Shown: positions 22,925 through 37,225, numbered from the stretch's first letter. The stretch: DNA of 64,000 nucleotides from Octopus vulgaris (GCA_951406725.2 OX597817.1:38254001-38318000), one strand, 5' to 3'. Notes: generated by a model not told the origin, from the letters alone. Translations and numbers: made by a program.

Positions 22925-24763
22925 TCCAAGGAGACAGCCTTTCTGTGATGTTGTTTATACTTTCTGTAAACCCCTGTTTCACAAGGAAACAGAAATACCA
23001 AAATTACACACTGCTTCTTTGTGAATGACTTAAAACTTTATGCAAAGAATATGCATGAGATGGAAAAGAGCCTTGACCTAATTACAACATCCTCAAAGGA
23101 TGTAGGGTTGGAGTTTGGTCAGGATATGGTTGTGAAAAGGGGGAAAACTATAAACCGGACTAATAATATCTCCATCAATGATTTGACTGTTTCCCCTGTA
23201 TCTGACGAGGAATTTTACAGGTAACTAGGGATGGATGAAAATATATCTTACAATGGCATTTGTAACAAAACACGTATTACTAAGGAATATTACAGCCGAA
23301 TAAAGAAAATTTGGACCTCAAAACTCTTTTCATTCAATAAAACAGTGGCCCACAATGTGTTTGCAGTGCCAGTACTCATACCAACATTTTGGTCTGCTTG
23401 ATTAGACGCTTGATGAGATCCGAGTCATTGATGTGAAAACCCGAAAAACACTAACAAACACACATAATTTCCATATAAACAGTGACATATTCCGCCTCAA
23501 CCTGAAACGAAAGCAAGACGGCAGAGGCTTAACTTAAATCCAAAATGCCTTTGAATGTCGCATCATGTTTCTTCGGCAATATCATCTAACCACTAAGTGT
23601 CGAAGTGCATCTCTTGACCAAGTTTGCATACATGAGACTGATAACATCATAAAACTTGGAAGGCAGCTCCTTGAGCAACACTCTTTGTCTGATAACCTAG
23701 AAGGCATGCCCAAAGAAGTCGCATGACCCTACCGCAAAGTATCATCAGACGAATAAAGGAGCCTATATGAGCAAGAAGATTATGCATGGATATGTTAGTA
23801 GAAAGCTCCGTGATGATAGTAACATCGATCATCAAAGCAGTTTATCATGGACCAATATCCGTAATGCTACTTCCCACTTTGAAGAGTATGCATTTGCAAT
23901 CCAGGAACAGGAAATATCAATCAAGTACCTGATGCACAAAGGGGATAGAGATGCAGGAAAAGTAGTAAAATGTAACAACCAATGCAAACTTTGTGGAGTT
24001 CAAACTGAAGATACCACCCACATCATAAGCAGTTGTCCGAAAATGTCATCACGGTATTATCTACCGATGAGAGATGATGTAGCCAGGACACTCTATAATG
24101 AAATCGGTCGGGAGGATAATCCCAAGGACAAAGAAATAAGAACCCATAATATAGTAGAAGCTACAGCCACTCTTAATAGACAGGAATACTGGTGGAATGT
24201 CTTACTGAAGACATCAGTAAAATATAAGCGCAACAAACCTGATATAATGATTTGGAATAGAGAAGAGAAGCTGTGCACAGTTGTGCACGGATGTTAACAT
24301 AAATCTAAACATCAGGGAAAAAGAAAACACCTATGCTGAACTATTGAGAAATCTGCAATTACTCTATCCACATTATAAGTTCAGGTTTATACCTGTAATT
24401 ATTGGGGTCCTGGGATATGTAACACACTGCCTAAATACCAATCTTGAGAAATTAGGCTCCTCAGAACCAGAAAGGAGAAAGCTAATTCGAAGTCTACAGA
24501 TCCAATCCATCACTGGAACTGTAAAAATCTGTAAAGCTTTCCAGAAGTTTATCATTTAAATATATATGAGCATGTCCACATATGCAACTATATGCATCAG
24601 AATACATACATAAAACATACGTGCATATGTGCATACATACATACATGCATACAAACAAAAATACCATGTTATTGATGTTAAAATTCCAATGAAGGCGCCT
24701 TGGATCTAGGTTAGAAACCGATTCTTTCTCTATTGGCAAGAAATCTTGAAATAAACTGAATAA

Positions 24764-24765
<2 letters not shown>
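22921..24765 (+). mobile_element. 5'-truncated R4/Dong-clade LINE flanked on both sides by (CATA)n
   Basis: RT motifs IFQGDSLS and VNDLKLY, knuckle CKLC..ED..HIISSC, RLE NKPDIMIW, then a 3'UTR; multiple frameshifts. Confidence 0.9.
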
Positions 24766-24794
<29 letters not shown>

Positions 24795-24869
24795 CATACA
24801 TACATACATACATACATACATACATACATACATACACACATACATACATAATGAATATCTAATCTCTTA

Positions 24870-25900
24870 CCTAAATGTAACTGTAAGCTGGTATGAAACC
24901 TCCAATCAAAGCTACCTTAGTCTGTCTCTCGTGGATCAGAAGTTTTCTCTCAGACAGCACTCCCTTAGACTTCTCTGGTTTAAATATAACACTTCCCACA
25001 GGTTTCACTCTCACCAACATTCTAGGAATGCTTAGTTATGCGTGTCCAAAGTTCAGTTTTCTAGCCTACATTCTTCATTCTGTGTAATAATAATTCCTCG
25101 CAGATATTTTGAACCGCGCACATATAATCCTATGTACATGGTGCCGCTTTTCACACTAATTAAATCTTCTGCATTGAGACTTCATTTACACCCAACACAA
25201 GTTATACATAGCTTCGGACCAAACATAGCCCGCATCTATGAACAGGGGCTTTGAAAAAGTATATCAGTAAAGACATAACAAACTACTATATTTCAATATA
25301 GTTACACACAATATATTATAATACTACATCCTCTGTGTGCGCAAAAAACACAACATAGAATCTCTGAAATAGCCAAAAATGATTGGTCTCACAACTGTTG
25401 ATAATTTGTGATGACACTCACACACATGTAACACAATAAAAAACTGAAATGTAGTGACTGTACTTTTTCTTCCCTGACAGAATATTCTTTAACCCTGATC
25501 GCTTACTGGTTCTCTACAAAAACTCTCCAACTGTTTTGGAAAGTAATAATGCTAGATACCCGTATAGCCTAGAACACACACACAAAAAGTCGTTCGGTTA
25601 ATTGGCAGAGAAGCACTAACACGAATGCTACAACCACTGGCTCGCAATCTTGTTGATTCATCTTTCTGAATCTCCTACAATCAATACAACTATCACTGAA
25701 AAAAAGGAGCTACAACCCCTTATGAGCTTAACAGATACTCTCGTCGCTCTCTTCGTCAAGTCATACCGATTGTTTGTGTCTCATCTCACATATCCTAAAG
25801 TAAGCCGTCTATTCCTTACTAAATCCAAATTTGCAGCTTTTAGACATGTGGGGAAGAAATGTGAAGTATATTATGGTAAAGAAAACTTAGCCCATTCATT
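24870..25900 (+). mobile_element. Highly degraded CR1/L2-group RT fragment
   Basis: Scattered motifs SWIRSFLSD, LLVLYK, VRLIG..ALT..LQPLA. Confidence 0.45.
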
Positions 25901-26079
25901 ATGATGCAGTTTTCACAGTATCATATGGATATGCACTTCATATTCGAGGCTTCGACGGATCTATAGAATGTTAATCAGGCACTCAACTATGAGTCCACTA
26001 TAGCAGAAACAGCTGTAAGCTGATGAACTTCATAACATAACCAACGTTTTCTTTTGTCGTCTCTTTTTCTCATGAACTA

Positions 26080-26110
<31 letters not shown>

Positions 26111-26116
26111 TGTATG

Positions 26117-26147
<31 letters not shown>

Positions 26148-26426
26148 GCTATTAGCAATAAAGGGACTTTGATGAACCGCCCAAAAATTCATTTCGTGTA
26201 GACGACAAAAGCTAAAAAGCATCGAAATTCTATATCGGTTAACTAAATTTCATCAGCACCGGCGGACGATACTACTGTAGTGTGACGTCACCATGTTCCC
26301 GTTCATCAGTAGTAGGAAGCCAAGCACTAAATTCCAGATAGAAAATCTCTCAAACCTAGAATCGCGAAAAGCTAGCAGGCCGAATGTAAAGTAACTATCA
26401 GCGACATAAGCAACCTTTGTAACGAA

Positions 26427-27293
26427 TATTAATTAGCACACCCAACCTAACCGGGATGCGTTGTTTATGGCGTCGTAAACTGCGGTGAACGTCACGAAAA
26501 TTCATTTCTTGTAGAAAACAAATACTAAAAAGCATTGAAATTCTATATAGGTTGACTAAAGTTTCTCAGCACCGGCGGATGGCAATACTGTATCACGTGA
26601 TCTGATCGGTATTATTCTACATGGGTCTGATTGATTTTCTCTCTGGCATTCGGTGTTTGGCATCCTATTGGTGATGACCCCCAATACAGTGAAATCACGT
26701 GATACAGTTCTGCCACCCGCCGGTACTAGCGAAATTTTGTCAACTTTTCTCTTTTCTCTTTCTCTTTTTCTCTTTTACTTGTTTCAGTCATTTGACTGCG
26801 GCCATGCTGGAGCACCGCCTTTAATCGAGCAACTCGACCCCGGGACTTATTCTTTGTAAGCCCAGTACTTATTCTATCGGTCTCTTTTTTGCCGAACCGC
26901 TAAGTGACGGGGACGTAAACACACCAGCATCGGTTGTCAAGCGATGCTAGGGGGTCAAACACAGACACACAAACACACACACATATATATATATACATAT
27001 ATACGACAGGCTTCTTTCAGTTTCCGTCTACCAAATCCACTCACAAGGCATTGGTCGGCCCGGGGCTATAGCAGAAGACACTTGCCCAAGATGCCACGCA
27101 GTGGGACTGAACCCGGAACCATGTGGTTGGTTAGCAAGCTACTTACCACACAGCCACTCCTGCGCCTACTGATATAGTATTTCGATGCTTTTTAGCATTT
27201 GTCGTCTACACGAAATGATTTTTGAGGACGTTCATCGCAGCCTACGGTGTTATAAGAAGAACATCCAGGTTAGATTGGATGTGCTAATTAATA
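26427..27293. mobile_element. Fold-back/MITE-like element with ~180-bp inverted arms; right arm interrupted by a SINE
   Basis: ATATTAATTAGCACACCCAACCTAACC... / ...GGTTAGATTGGATGTGCTAATTAATAT. An extra partial arm copy lies at 26170-26290. Confidence 0.7.
26744..27166 (-). mobile_element. SINE family 1, full length
   Basis: Runs from the GGCGCAGGAGTGGCTGTGTGG head to the (AAAGAG)n tail. Confidence 0.9.
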
Positions 27294-27598
27294 TGTATAT
27301 ATGTATGATATTCTTAAATTAGAAATTATTAATTACATGTAAAAATTGTTTTTTGTTAAAGTAAATCAACACAGACCTGAAGGAGAGAAAATTTTGTGTT
27401 AGCGCTTTTCGCTATTTTCAACTTTTCAAACTCGCGTTTGTTAAGGAATTTTTAAACATGCTTTAAAATATTTAATTCAAGGAAACGTTTTTTTCAAATA
27501 TTGTGACCGTATCACGAAACTTTTCTAAAAAAATTTTTCCTTTGGTGTGTGTGTGTACGTATGTGTGTATGTGTGTGTGTGTGTGTGTATGCGTGTGT

Positions 27599-27643
<45 letters not shown>

Positions 27644-29526
27644 CCAACAGTTTTTTTCCTTGAAATGATACACTTAAAGTATGCCAAATATATTCCCAAA
27701 ATATATTTGTTTTGCTAAAGTAAGGCGAGGTTTGACGTTTAAAATGCAACTTACGGTTAAATTTGATGACATATAAATACACATTCTCTTCTACTGATGA
27801 GAAAGGTGTGGTTTCCTTCAGACTACAGGTAGAAGTAATCATTGCATCACTTTCTGTTGCTTTCATCAGTTTCGTTTGCCTCTATTTTTCTCTTTTTTTT
27901 TTTCTTTTTGTTCTCATTCTCCTAAAACTGGAGTGTTGAAATATCAAAGAATCGGTCTCTGCTTCGTTTCTTCTTCTTCCAATTATCTTACCAGTTGCAA
28001 TTTTGGCAAACATTAGAGAATGCTTTGAAAAAAAAAAGGAATGAAAGAATAAAAGAATAAAACATATTTCTTCTCGATTATGATATCTAGGGAATATCTT
28101 ATAAATAAATGAAAGAAAAAAACAAGCTGTCTGCGAAAGTAAGAAAGCAGAAGGTGAGACATGAGGCTTGCCTCAAGAAGGAAAAGCTATCGTTTCGGAC
28201 AGAACCTTTTTAATATGTTATTGTTCTCTGATAATGGCGCTATCTAACACACACCCCAATTTCTGCTCTTTCATACAGCACACTAATATAATTCAAATTT
28301 ACCATTTTGTCTTTCAGTGCTAGACCTAATCCGTTGATTTATTTAATATTACTACGTAGCCTTCAGTGGATTCCAAGCACTTACTTTAATGGGAGTTTTT
28401 TTTTTTTTTTTTTTTGGTAGACATTCAGATCAGGCCTCTCATCTGATGATAGACTGTGATGAAGACCCTGGCTAGAGAGGGTTGCTGCTGGAAGGCCATA
28501 TGTGTAGCAGCAGAATTCTGCTCCTCGCCATGACGTCAGAAAGAGTCAGAATTTCTACGACTTCACCAGCCCTTATTTCTGGTTTCCTACTTCCCCCGAT
28601 TATAATCCCAGGGCTTACCTATGTGTGGGACGCGATTGATAAAGACACCAACCTCTCTACCTGCAGTACCAATGCCGAGCTGGTGAGGTGTTCGAAAATC
28701 TTCCAAGGGGCTGAGAAAGGAACGCATACGTTAGGTTTTGCAGACGCCTTGAGGCCGTGGTGGAAGCTGAAGGTGGCTGCTTTGGTTAAACTGTTATCTC
28801 CCAGCTATAATCTAGTTGAATTTTTTCATACTTTTATTTCTGGTGGGATAGTGTGTTTTCTCTTCTTTTTATGCATACTGTCAAGTTTAGCACGAAAGCT
28901 CAGCCATTGCTATGTGGTGAAGAAGTTCGCAACCACGTTGTGCGCGCATGCATACACATAAATATAGTACGATAAATAAAGACAATTACTTGACCTAACG
29001 TGATCAAAGGTAAACAATAAGAACCTGATCAGACAAGGTCAGTGAGCTACAACGAGGTTGTTGAATGGGAAAATCTAGTTATAACAGGAAATGGAAACCA
29101 GTTCCTTAAAGGTAATATCGATAGGTGCCTGGGGCTACCTATGGATATTGCCTTAAATGAATTCAATGAATGCTTCTTCTTTGTCGTGTAACAAAGCAGC
29201 GAAAAAAACCGCTAAATGTTTGATCTATCTGCTAAAAATAGAAGCTAAATTTCCCTCAGAGCTTTGGCTACTGTCGTATCAAAGAACATATAAGATGACG
29301 TAATCGTCCAGGATACAGAATGTCTGAGAAATAACAGAATTGTCAGAAATGGATTGTCTTTGACCATAGGTCAGTTTAATCAAATCGGACTTGGCGGGGT
29401 GGGGGTTAAACAATAGTAACAAACACATTTGTGCGCGTGCCTGTGAATACATACATCACTCTTATTCCTCCCATCTACCACCTCTCCTTTTTACCTTATG
29501 TATCCTGTCTTTTGATTTATCATCTG

Positions 29527-29597
<71 letters not shown>

Positions 29598-29599
29598 AC

Positions 29600-29649
<50 letters not shown>

Positions 29650-29869
29650 GTTTTCATTCCTCTCTCCCTTCGCACACATTGATATATAGAAACATTCATA
29701 TACTGAAAGATATTAAAACATGCTCAGGGTATACAGTTATTCTCTAATACCTTTTCCGATGTATGCTGGTACCATCTCTTTTCTACTAATATTTCATCAC
29801 GGTGATATAACTTTCACAGTATTTGAGTGTCTGCTCGGTGATGCATGTGGATGTATTACTTTTTTGGCT

Positions 29870-30170
29870 AAGGGATGTTTGTTCAGACCGACAAGGAAAT
29901 CCGTTCAGATACAGTGATCGGGGACTGGAATAAAATATACACGTTCCGTCACCACCAAGAAGAATAGCCGAAAGTAAGTGGAAGAAAACTGACAAAATAC
30001 AAAGATCCTGAATTTGAAATAAACAGGATGTGGTGCATAAAAATGGTTGTGGCCTTTGCAGGCCTTCCCAAGTTGTAGTGTCCAATGAAGTTTGTGTCAA
30101 GATTAAGCATGTGCATGTCAATATAATATTGCTAATCAGTATGACAGTAACACTAAGAATCCACTGAAAA
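29870..30170 (+). mobile_element. Ancient RLE-domain LINE fragment
   Basis: QTDKEIR...KLTKYKDPEFEINRMW, compare KLSKYKDLEIEISKMW in the 12.5-kb copy. Confidence 0.6.
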
Positions 30171-31843
30171 AGCACATTACATATTGCACACTAAATAAAT
30201 ATATCACTAATATTAATTACTAGGAGACGTAATCTGTATGAAAGACAGTTAAGTATGTGTTAACATATTTAATACATTGAGTACTAAAAGGCTAATTAAA
30301 AATAACTATGCCCAGAAGAAAAGAAAACATAAGTTCAATGACTGATATTAATTTAACCATCTCGGCAAGTACAGGAGAAAACTTCATTTATGTTTAAGTC
30401 GTACTAGACTGCTATAAACAGAATTGTTAATTTATGTATTGAATTCGTAGTTAATATAAACGTAACGCCCCAAATATAAAAGAGATACCACACTGGAATA
30501 GAAGAATTTGTTAATACATGTATATAATTGTAGTGTTTAGAGCAAGCTGTCAAAGTCAGACCGGCCTAATGAAGCATGTAATTGCATGAGGTTACACAAG
30601 GAAAAAGTGAGAAGTATAAAGTTACGTAAACAGATGGAGATTAAAGCAAGTGATACAAATAGGTAAACAAATAAAGCGATCATCATGTAGATCTTCTCAG
30701 TGAAACACAGACTTCTTGTAAATACCGAAGTAGGGATGAGAGAATCACTAAATATATGCACAATATTGTATGTGTAAGTATTAGTCATTGAACTAGCCTC
30801 TCTCAAATATTTCTAATTAAATTATTGATGTTCACTGCATTAAATTAATATCAATTTAGCATTAAAATAACTCTGACCTAAAACATTTATATACCTCTAA
30901 GAGGGGCCAGTAGAATATTGAGTATCAGAGAACAATTAAGTGAAGCAATTATCAATGTTCCACACTACATTTTTATATTAACTATCATAGAAATTGATCT
31001 TCCGCAGCAGTGTTCTCTCGAGAAATTCAATATAAATTTTAACACTTTAAATTTAAAGCCCAGCTAGCATCAAAGATGAATACATAAATGTATGTAAATG
31101 AGGCGCAGCTATAAACGGCATGTCTTTGTAAGCCAATATTTCTGTGAGCAGAATGTTTACTTATCAATTTAAAAAGAATACTGATGCTAGCTTAGATGAG
31201 CATGTCCATCCTAATTAGGACAGCAGAAGAAACTACGCTTGTTATATAGGAATTTGGGAAGACTACAAAGCACATTGTATTTACCATTTCTTAACTATAT
31301 GACGGTATCTTTTCTGAAACAATGCATTATATTGTATAAAGATTTCCAGCATTGCCTTCCACAAAATACGCTTAGATGCAAGAACCTAACAAAAACTGCT
31401 CGAATAATATGGCTGGTTAATCAGTTTCGGTTTCTGAAAGAAAGGTTCTGTGGTACGCAAAAGGGTAGAAAATGACAATGCAAAATTTTACGGAATGCAG
31501 ACAGACCGCAAATTGTCACATAATAATCTGGCACACTTCTCCATAACACGCGAAAAAGAAAGAAAAATGATAATAGTATTTAAGCAATTAATATTACAAT
31601 TGAACCTGACTATAATATTGAGCAGAAACTGAAAAATTAAAGTATTACGTTGCTTTCACTATTGAACTGAAAACATTGTGGTACTCATTTTCAGCTAAGT
31701 AGACTGGATTAATGTGAAATCAGTCAAGGACACAATACGGTGCCCAGTTCAAGAATCGAACTCACGACCTTATGACTCCTTAACAATTCGGATACTCGCT
31801 TTCACACCCACAACCACGCACATACATAAATGTGTATCATATA

Positions 31844-32224
31844 TCTCTCTCTATATAAACGGCAGTTTGTCTGTGCGTGTTTCTGTGTGTCTGTTTGCTT
31901 GTACCCTCACCCTGACCACGGCTTTCAACTGATTCTGATGAAACTTGACACACACATAGCCCAATGTCATAATTCAAAACTAACGCAACGAATATTTTGA
32001 AAAGTTCCCCCAGTTCTGAAAAAAATCGATAAATTCGACATGGGGTCGAGAATCAGAAACACAAACCGCAAACTGTCTAGGGGACGCAACTCCACCTTTT
32101 TTAACTAAAAAAAAATTTACCATAAATTTTTTCCATTTTTTGCTATTTTTTGGCTATAACTCTCTAAAAATGCTTTATAGTTATTTCCCTTACAAACCTG
32201 AGCAACGCCGGGCGATACTGCTAG
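31844..32224 (+). mobile_element. Non-autonomous Helitron-like element
   Basis: A|TC...hairpin...CTAG|T termini. Confidence 0.75.
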
Positions 32225-32567
32225 TACATTCATACATGCATATATGTACACATACAAGCCTTTAAGAGTGAGGTTAAGTTTGAATAGAAACGGTGTTTCA
32301 TTATTCTTTAATTTACTACCTTATTCATCCGCGTAGTGCCACCCACTTTGCGTTTCTCAAATCTTTGTAATTCCGATCAGAAATTTCACTTCTTGATGAG
32401 CTGTTGATTAATGAACATGTGACTGTTCACCTGTTTATTTGGTAAGCTTGAAGAAATTGAGACTTGCGTAACGTAATATATAATCTAATGGATGTTCACG
32501 TTACAACAAAGACTGATAATAAAACAATTGAGAGAACCCATTCGTTTGTTTTTATTTTATATATATA

Positions 32568-32956
32568 CTAACAGTATCGCCCGGCGTTGCTCGGGTTTGT
32601 AAGGGAAATAACTATAAAGCATTTTTAGAGAGTTATAGCCAAAAAATAGCAAAAAATGCATTAAAAATGGAAAAAAATTATGGTAAATTTTTTTTAAATC
32701 GTTGACTCATCGTAGACATTTTTAGAGAGTTACTTCCCTTATATTAAAAAAAATATGCATTAAAATGGAAAAAAATGATGGTACATTATTTTTAAAATCA
32801 TAGACTCATCGTAGACGCGCGCTAATACCCAGAAGGGCTTGATATGAATCACGACTATAAGATACCCGGTTTTGGTTAAACTGCATCGCAAAATGTGGGA
32901 GTAGTTAGGAATCTAAATTGGAGTAGTCAGACACACAACCTTTCTTTTATATATAA

Positions 32957-32959
<3 letters not shown>
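32568..32959 (-). mobile_element. Non-autonomous Helitron-like element, second subfamily
   Basis: Shares the 3' ~125 bp (CCCGAGCAACGCCGGG hairpin) but has a different 5' body with an internal duplication. Confidence 0.7.
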
Positions 32960-33015
<56 letters not shown>

Positions 33016-33080
33016 TGTATGTATGTATGTATGTATGTATGCGTGTATATGTATATATATGTATACATTTTATCTGTTAA

Positions 33081-33521
33081 CTTTTACTTGTTTCAGTCAT
33101 TAGATTGTAGCCATGCTGGGGCACCGCCTTGAAGAATTTTAGACGAACAAATCGACCCCACTACTTTTTCTTATTTTAAAACTTGGTAAGTTACCGCCTG
33201 TCAAGCAGTAGTGGGCGACAAACACAGACACAAAGACACACACGACGGGCTTCTTTCGGTTTCTATCTACTATATCCACTCACAAGGTTTTGTTCAGCCT
33301 GACGCTTTAGAAGAATTCACATTTGCCCAAGGTGAATTCTCCCTATATATAGAGAGAGATAGATAGATATACCTATACATACATACGACAGGCTTCTTTC
33401 AGATTTTACCTACCAAATCCCCTCACAAGGCTTTGGTCGCCCCGAGGCTATAGTAGAAGACACTTGCCCGGAACCATGTGGCAGCTAAGCAAGCTTCTAA
33501 CCATACAGCCACTCCTGCGCC
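33081..33521 (-). mobile_element. Two adjacent degenerate SINE family 1 fragments
   Basis: Homology to the full copies. Confidence 0.7.
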
Positions 33522-33750
33522 TATTTATACATAATCTTTGTATATATATATATATATATATATATTGTCTTTGTCAAATTATATATAAAACTAATTCAAA
33601 TGCTTTTTAGCAGAGAACATGTTTAGCAGGGAAATGTTGTCAACGTTTTCTTAGTAAAAGTTAATTCAATTTACGATATGTATAAAAGTGCCTAGAAATG
33701 TTCTTATTACAGTCACAATATTTGAAGAAAGATTTTCCTAAATTGATAAT

Positions 33751-33963
33751 TACTCTTTTACTCTTTTACTTGTTTCAGTCATTTGACTGCGGCCATGCTG
33801 GAGCACCGCCTTTAATCGAGCCCGGGACTTATTCTTTGTAAGCCCAGTACTTATTCTACCGGTCTCTTTTGCCGAACCGCTAAGTAACGGGGACATAAGC
33901 ACACCAGCATCGGTTGTCAAGCAATGCTAGGGGGACAAACACAGACACACAAACACACACACG

Positions 33964-34009
<46 letters not shown>

Positions 34010-34172
34010 TATATACGACGGGCTTCTTTCAGTTTCCGTCTACCAAATCCACTCACAAGGCTTTGGTCGGCCCGAGGCTATAATAGAAGACACTTGCTCA
34101 AGGTGCCACGCAGTGGGACTGAACCCGGAACCATGTGGTTGGTAAACAAGCTACTTACCACACAGCCACTCC
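33751..34172 (-). mobile_element. SINE family 1, near full length
   Basis: Homology to the full copies. Confidence 0.9.
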
Positions 34173-34329
34173 TTAATTATTTTTTAAAATCTTTCAGAAA
34201 ACAGAATGACACAAACCTATGGAAGGAAGTATTAATTTCGTTAAGCATGTTTTCATTGTTTTCAGCTTTTTAAACGCAAAAATGTATAGAGAGGCAGTCT
34301 ACTCCTTTTCAAAGCTGGTTAGACGTACT

Positions 34330-34770
34330 TTTTCAGTGCCTGAACTCGCAGGTGGCCTTTGAGTCTCGAGAGCTTTTTGAAATTTACATTACAAACAGTG
34401 CAAATATGTCTCACTTCAAGTGGCACAGTGTTTTTTGTCATTCTTTATTTGTGGATATCTAAATGCCTCTTTAGACTAGTGCAGGACTTACATATCATAG
34501 TACAAATATGGAATATGAGTGTTTCTGCTGGAATGAACTTTGTGTCATTTGAGCCAACTCTATGAAGAATTCTCAAATCTGAAGTTATCATTCTTAGAAA
34601 GGCAAGTCCTACGACACGTTCAGCTACTGAAGGATAACACTATTTCTGTGTTTAGTCAAGTGTTTTATTTCAGTTTCTGCATAAGTTTATTTGTTTTCTT
34701 CAAAATTCTTTACCTCCGAACAGATCTTTATTTGTCATTGATTACTGTCAAAATCAATAAATTCAACATC
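34330..34770 (-). mobile_element. Degraded RTE-like LINE C-terminus with two C2H2-like fingers
   Basis: HICTMICKSCTSLKRHLDIH* ... ICTVCNVNFKKLSRLKGHLRVQ; same layout as 50725-50935. Confidence 0.5.
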
Positions 34771-37225
34771 TTTATATGATATACCCAACTATCGAAGATG
34801 GCATATACATACATACGTGTGTGTGTGTGTACATACATACATACACACACATATATATATATGTATGTATGTATATATGTGTGTGTGCGTGTGTGCGTAT
34901 GGGTGTGTCTGTGTGTGTGTGTTTGTGTGTGTATGTATGTATAGATATATATATACATATACACACACACACATATATATATACATATATACATACATAC
35001 ATACACACACGTGCATATATACAAGCATATATATAGATAGATAAACAGACAGACAGACAGACAGATAGATAAATAGATTGAATATTCCCACTGATGCAAG
35101 TACTCGCTAATTAGATGTCCCTTCTACGCTTGTGTCTTAATTTGTTGTATTGTGCTTTGGCCCTTAATACGATAAGGATTTTTTCATCAAATTAAAACTC
35201 TAAAGATAGGTGGCGGTTTATAAAGATGACATCTACTGTTCAGTTTTTGTCTTTTTCAAGGGATTTGGGAAAATCCAGTTCAGTCAAATAAAAAGTAAAT
35301 ACATCACTTAGTGGGTGTGTAACTAAACTAATATTCGATTGGCTGCTAAATTTATTTAACATTAAATATGGCATTCATTGTTAGTCAATAAAAATATAAT
35401 TGTTGCTCTTCAGCAGTTTATAAACAGTAAATTTATCTCTGCAATATGTAGTTGTAGACAGAGTGGAACTTTTAGGATGGGAATTTTTAAGCTGAAAGAA
35501 ATTGAGTATTCCTTCCAAGTAAACCCAAGCAGTGCATCCAAACTGATGTTTCGAGTGACAGTAAAGGATGAGAAACTGAAGATCAAAGATAGGTATGTTC
35601 AGGATTGCCTGATAGCACACGTTTTAAAACATTAGAACAGTTTTGGTTTCATTAGACAAAATGATAACGAAATTGATTTTTGTTTCAGAATTCCTTTAAT
35701 GTAGGAGATATTTATTCACATTAGCTGACATGTTCCTCTCGAAATCTTGTAAGATAAGTTTAGTGTCATTGTTTGCTAGGCGGAGTGGTCTTGGATTAGC
35801 TTCACAGAAAGCTCAAATGTAACGCAATTTCGCAAATATCTATGAAGCTCAATCTGTGGCTATGATATTTCAACACATATTACTAGGTAAATTTTGTGAG
35901 GATTTCTGAAGCTTTTATTACATTTCAAAAAGATACATCCGAGAGCGTAATGGAGAGTGTTTTATTTTATAAAATAATTTCTGTAATGGTGTGCTTTACC
36001 AATATCAAGACGATGTCTGACAACAATATAGTCAAGCAGTCGATGTACGCAACTGAAACAACGTCAAATGAAAATCCGCCATCTACGTCTCATACAAAAT
36101 GTATATACACTGTTAGAAGGCATGCTGCTGTAAAATTGTCTGAGATAAAATATCTCCATAAACTTGTGTTAGAAACAAAACATATATAGAAACGAAACGA
36201 ATATTGTGACTTCAGTTATTTACCGAAAAAGATAATTGTGTTTCGCCTTCGTTGAGGCATGTCAATGCCATGTAGCCGACTGTCACCTGCTTAAAGGAAA
36301 TATGTGCCTCGATATTGACAAAACAGTGATTAAAACATTTACTGTATTGCGGAAGCTTGCCGAACTGTAGAAAAAATCGGCGTACGCAATTGAAACAGCC
36401 TTATGGCGGTGCGTATATATTGAAATATGATACACAGATAGTCAAAGTCAAATAGTGAAGTCAGTTTTAGTACAGATATTAATCAAATTAGGTTCAAATA
36501 ATAAATATATTATTTTAAACTATTTTGTCTTGCATTTCATCGTTAGTTAAAGATTATGTTTCCCATAATTTGACACCGTTAAGAATTAAGACCTTTAATT
36601 CGTTTTTTTATTTATTTATGTAATTCATACCAAGAATGATTCAGTAAATTAGAAAACGTTGGAAATGCTAGTATTTTAATCATAGATGGGCTCATTGAAT
36701 ATCGTACGAAATGCACAAAACATGTAACAGAGCTATACATGAAAAGGGATCGATTTTAAGAGCCTGAATCCTTACCCGTTTTGTAAACTTCAATAACTTT
36801 AGAATTAGTGGTCAGGGTATAATGAAATTTTAAAACTCTAACAGAGATTTTAGATGAATTCTATAGATTTGTACTGAAAATTAATCTTAAAAAATATTAA
36901 AACTTAATAATATTTCGTGTACTAGACTTGATTTCTTATATAGAGTCAAACAAAATAAGTAAATAGCCATTTGAAGAAACTTTAATTGGGAAATATACAC
37001 ATACACGCGCGCGCGCATGCATGTGTGCTCACACAAAAATCCACATACGCATGTGTGTGCGTGTGTGTATTACTTTAAATACATATATGATATAATATAA
37101 TATAATATATATATATTATAGTATATTATATTATATTATATTATATTATATTAGAGGAAAAAGGACAATAAAAATCAAGGCAAGTTAGGTATCCCAAGTT
37201 ATTTAGAATATTTAATTAGAGTAAG

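Noticed and set aside
27786-27835. CTGATGA with flanking CTTCTA/TAGAAG pairing
   Set aside because: No GAAA or NUH triplet; may be chance.
28396-28961. 159-aa ORF, with a CTGATGA nearby after poly-T
   Set aside because: No recognisable domain or HHR fold; possibly an unclassified retroelement tail.
33565-34770. Host C2H2 zinc-finger gene
   Set aside because: It has stops and frameshifts and no TGEKP linkers; the layout matches the RTE-like end at 50.7 kb.
35310-36430. Possible degraded hAT transposase on the minus strand
   Set aside because: Only vague motif resemblance (STTTYC..KF); not supportable without alignment.
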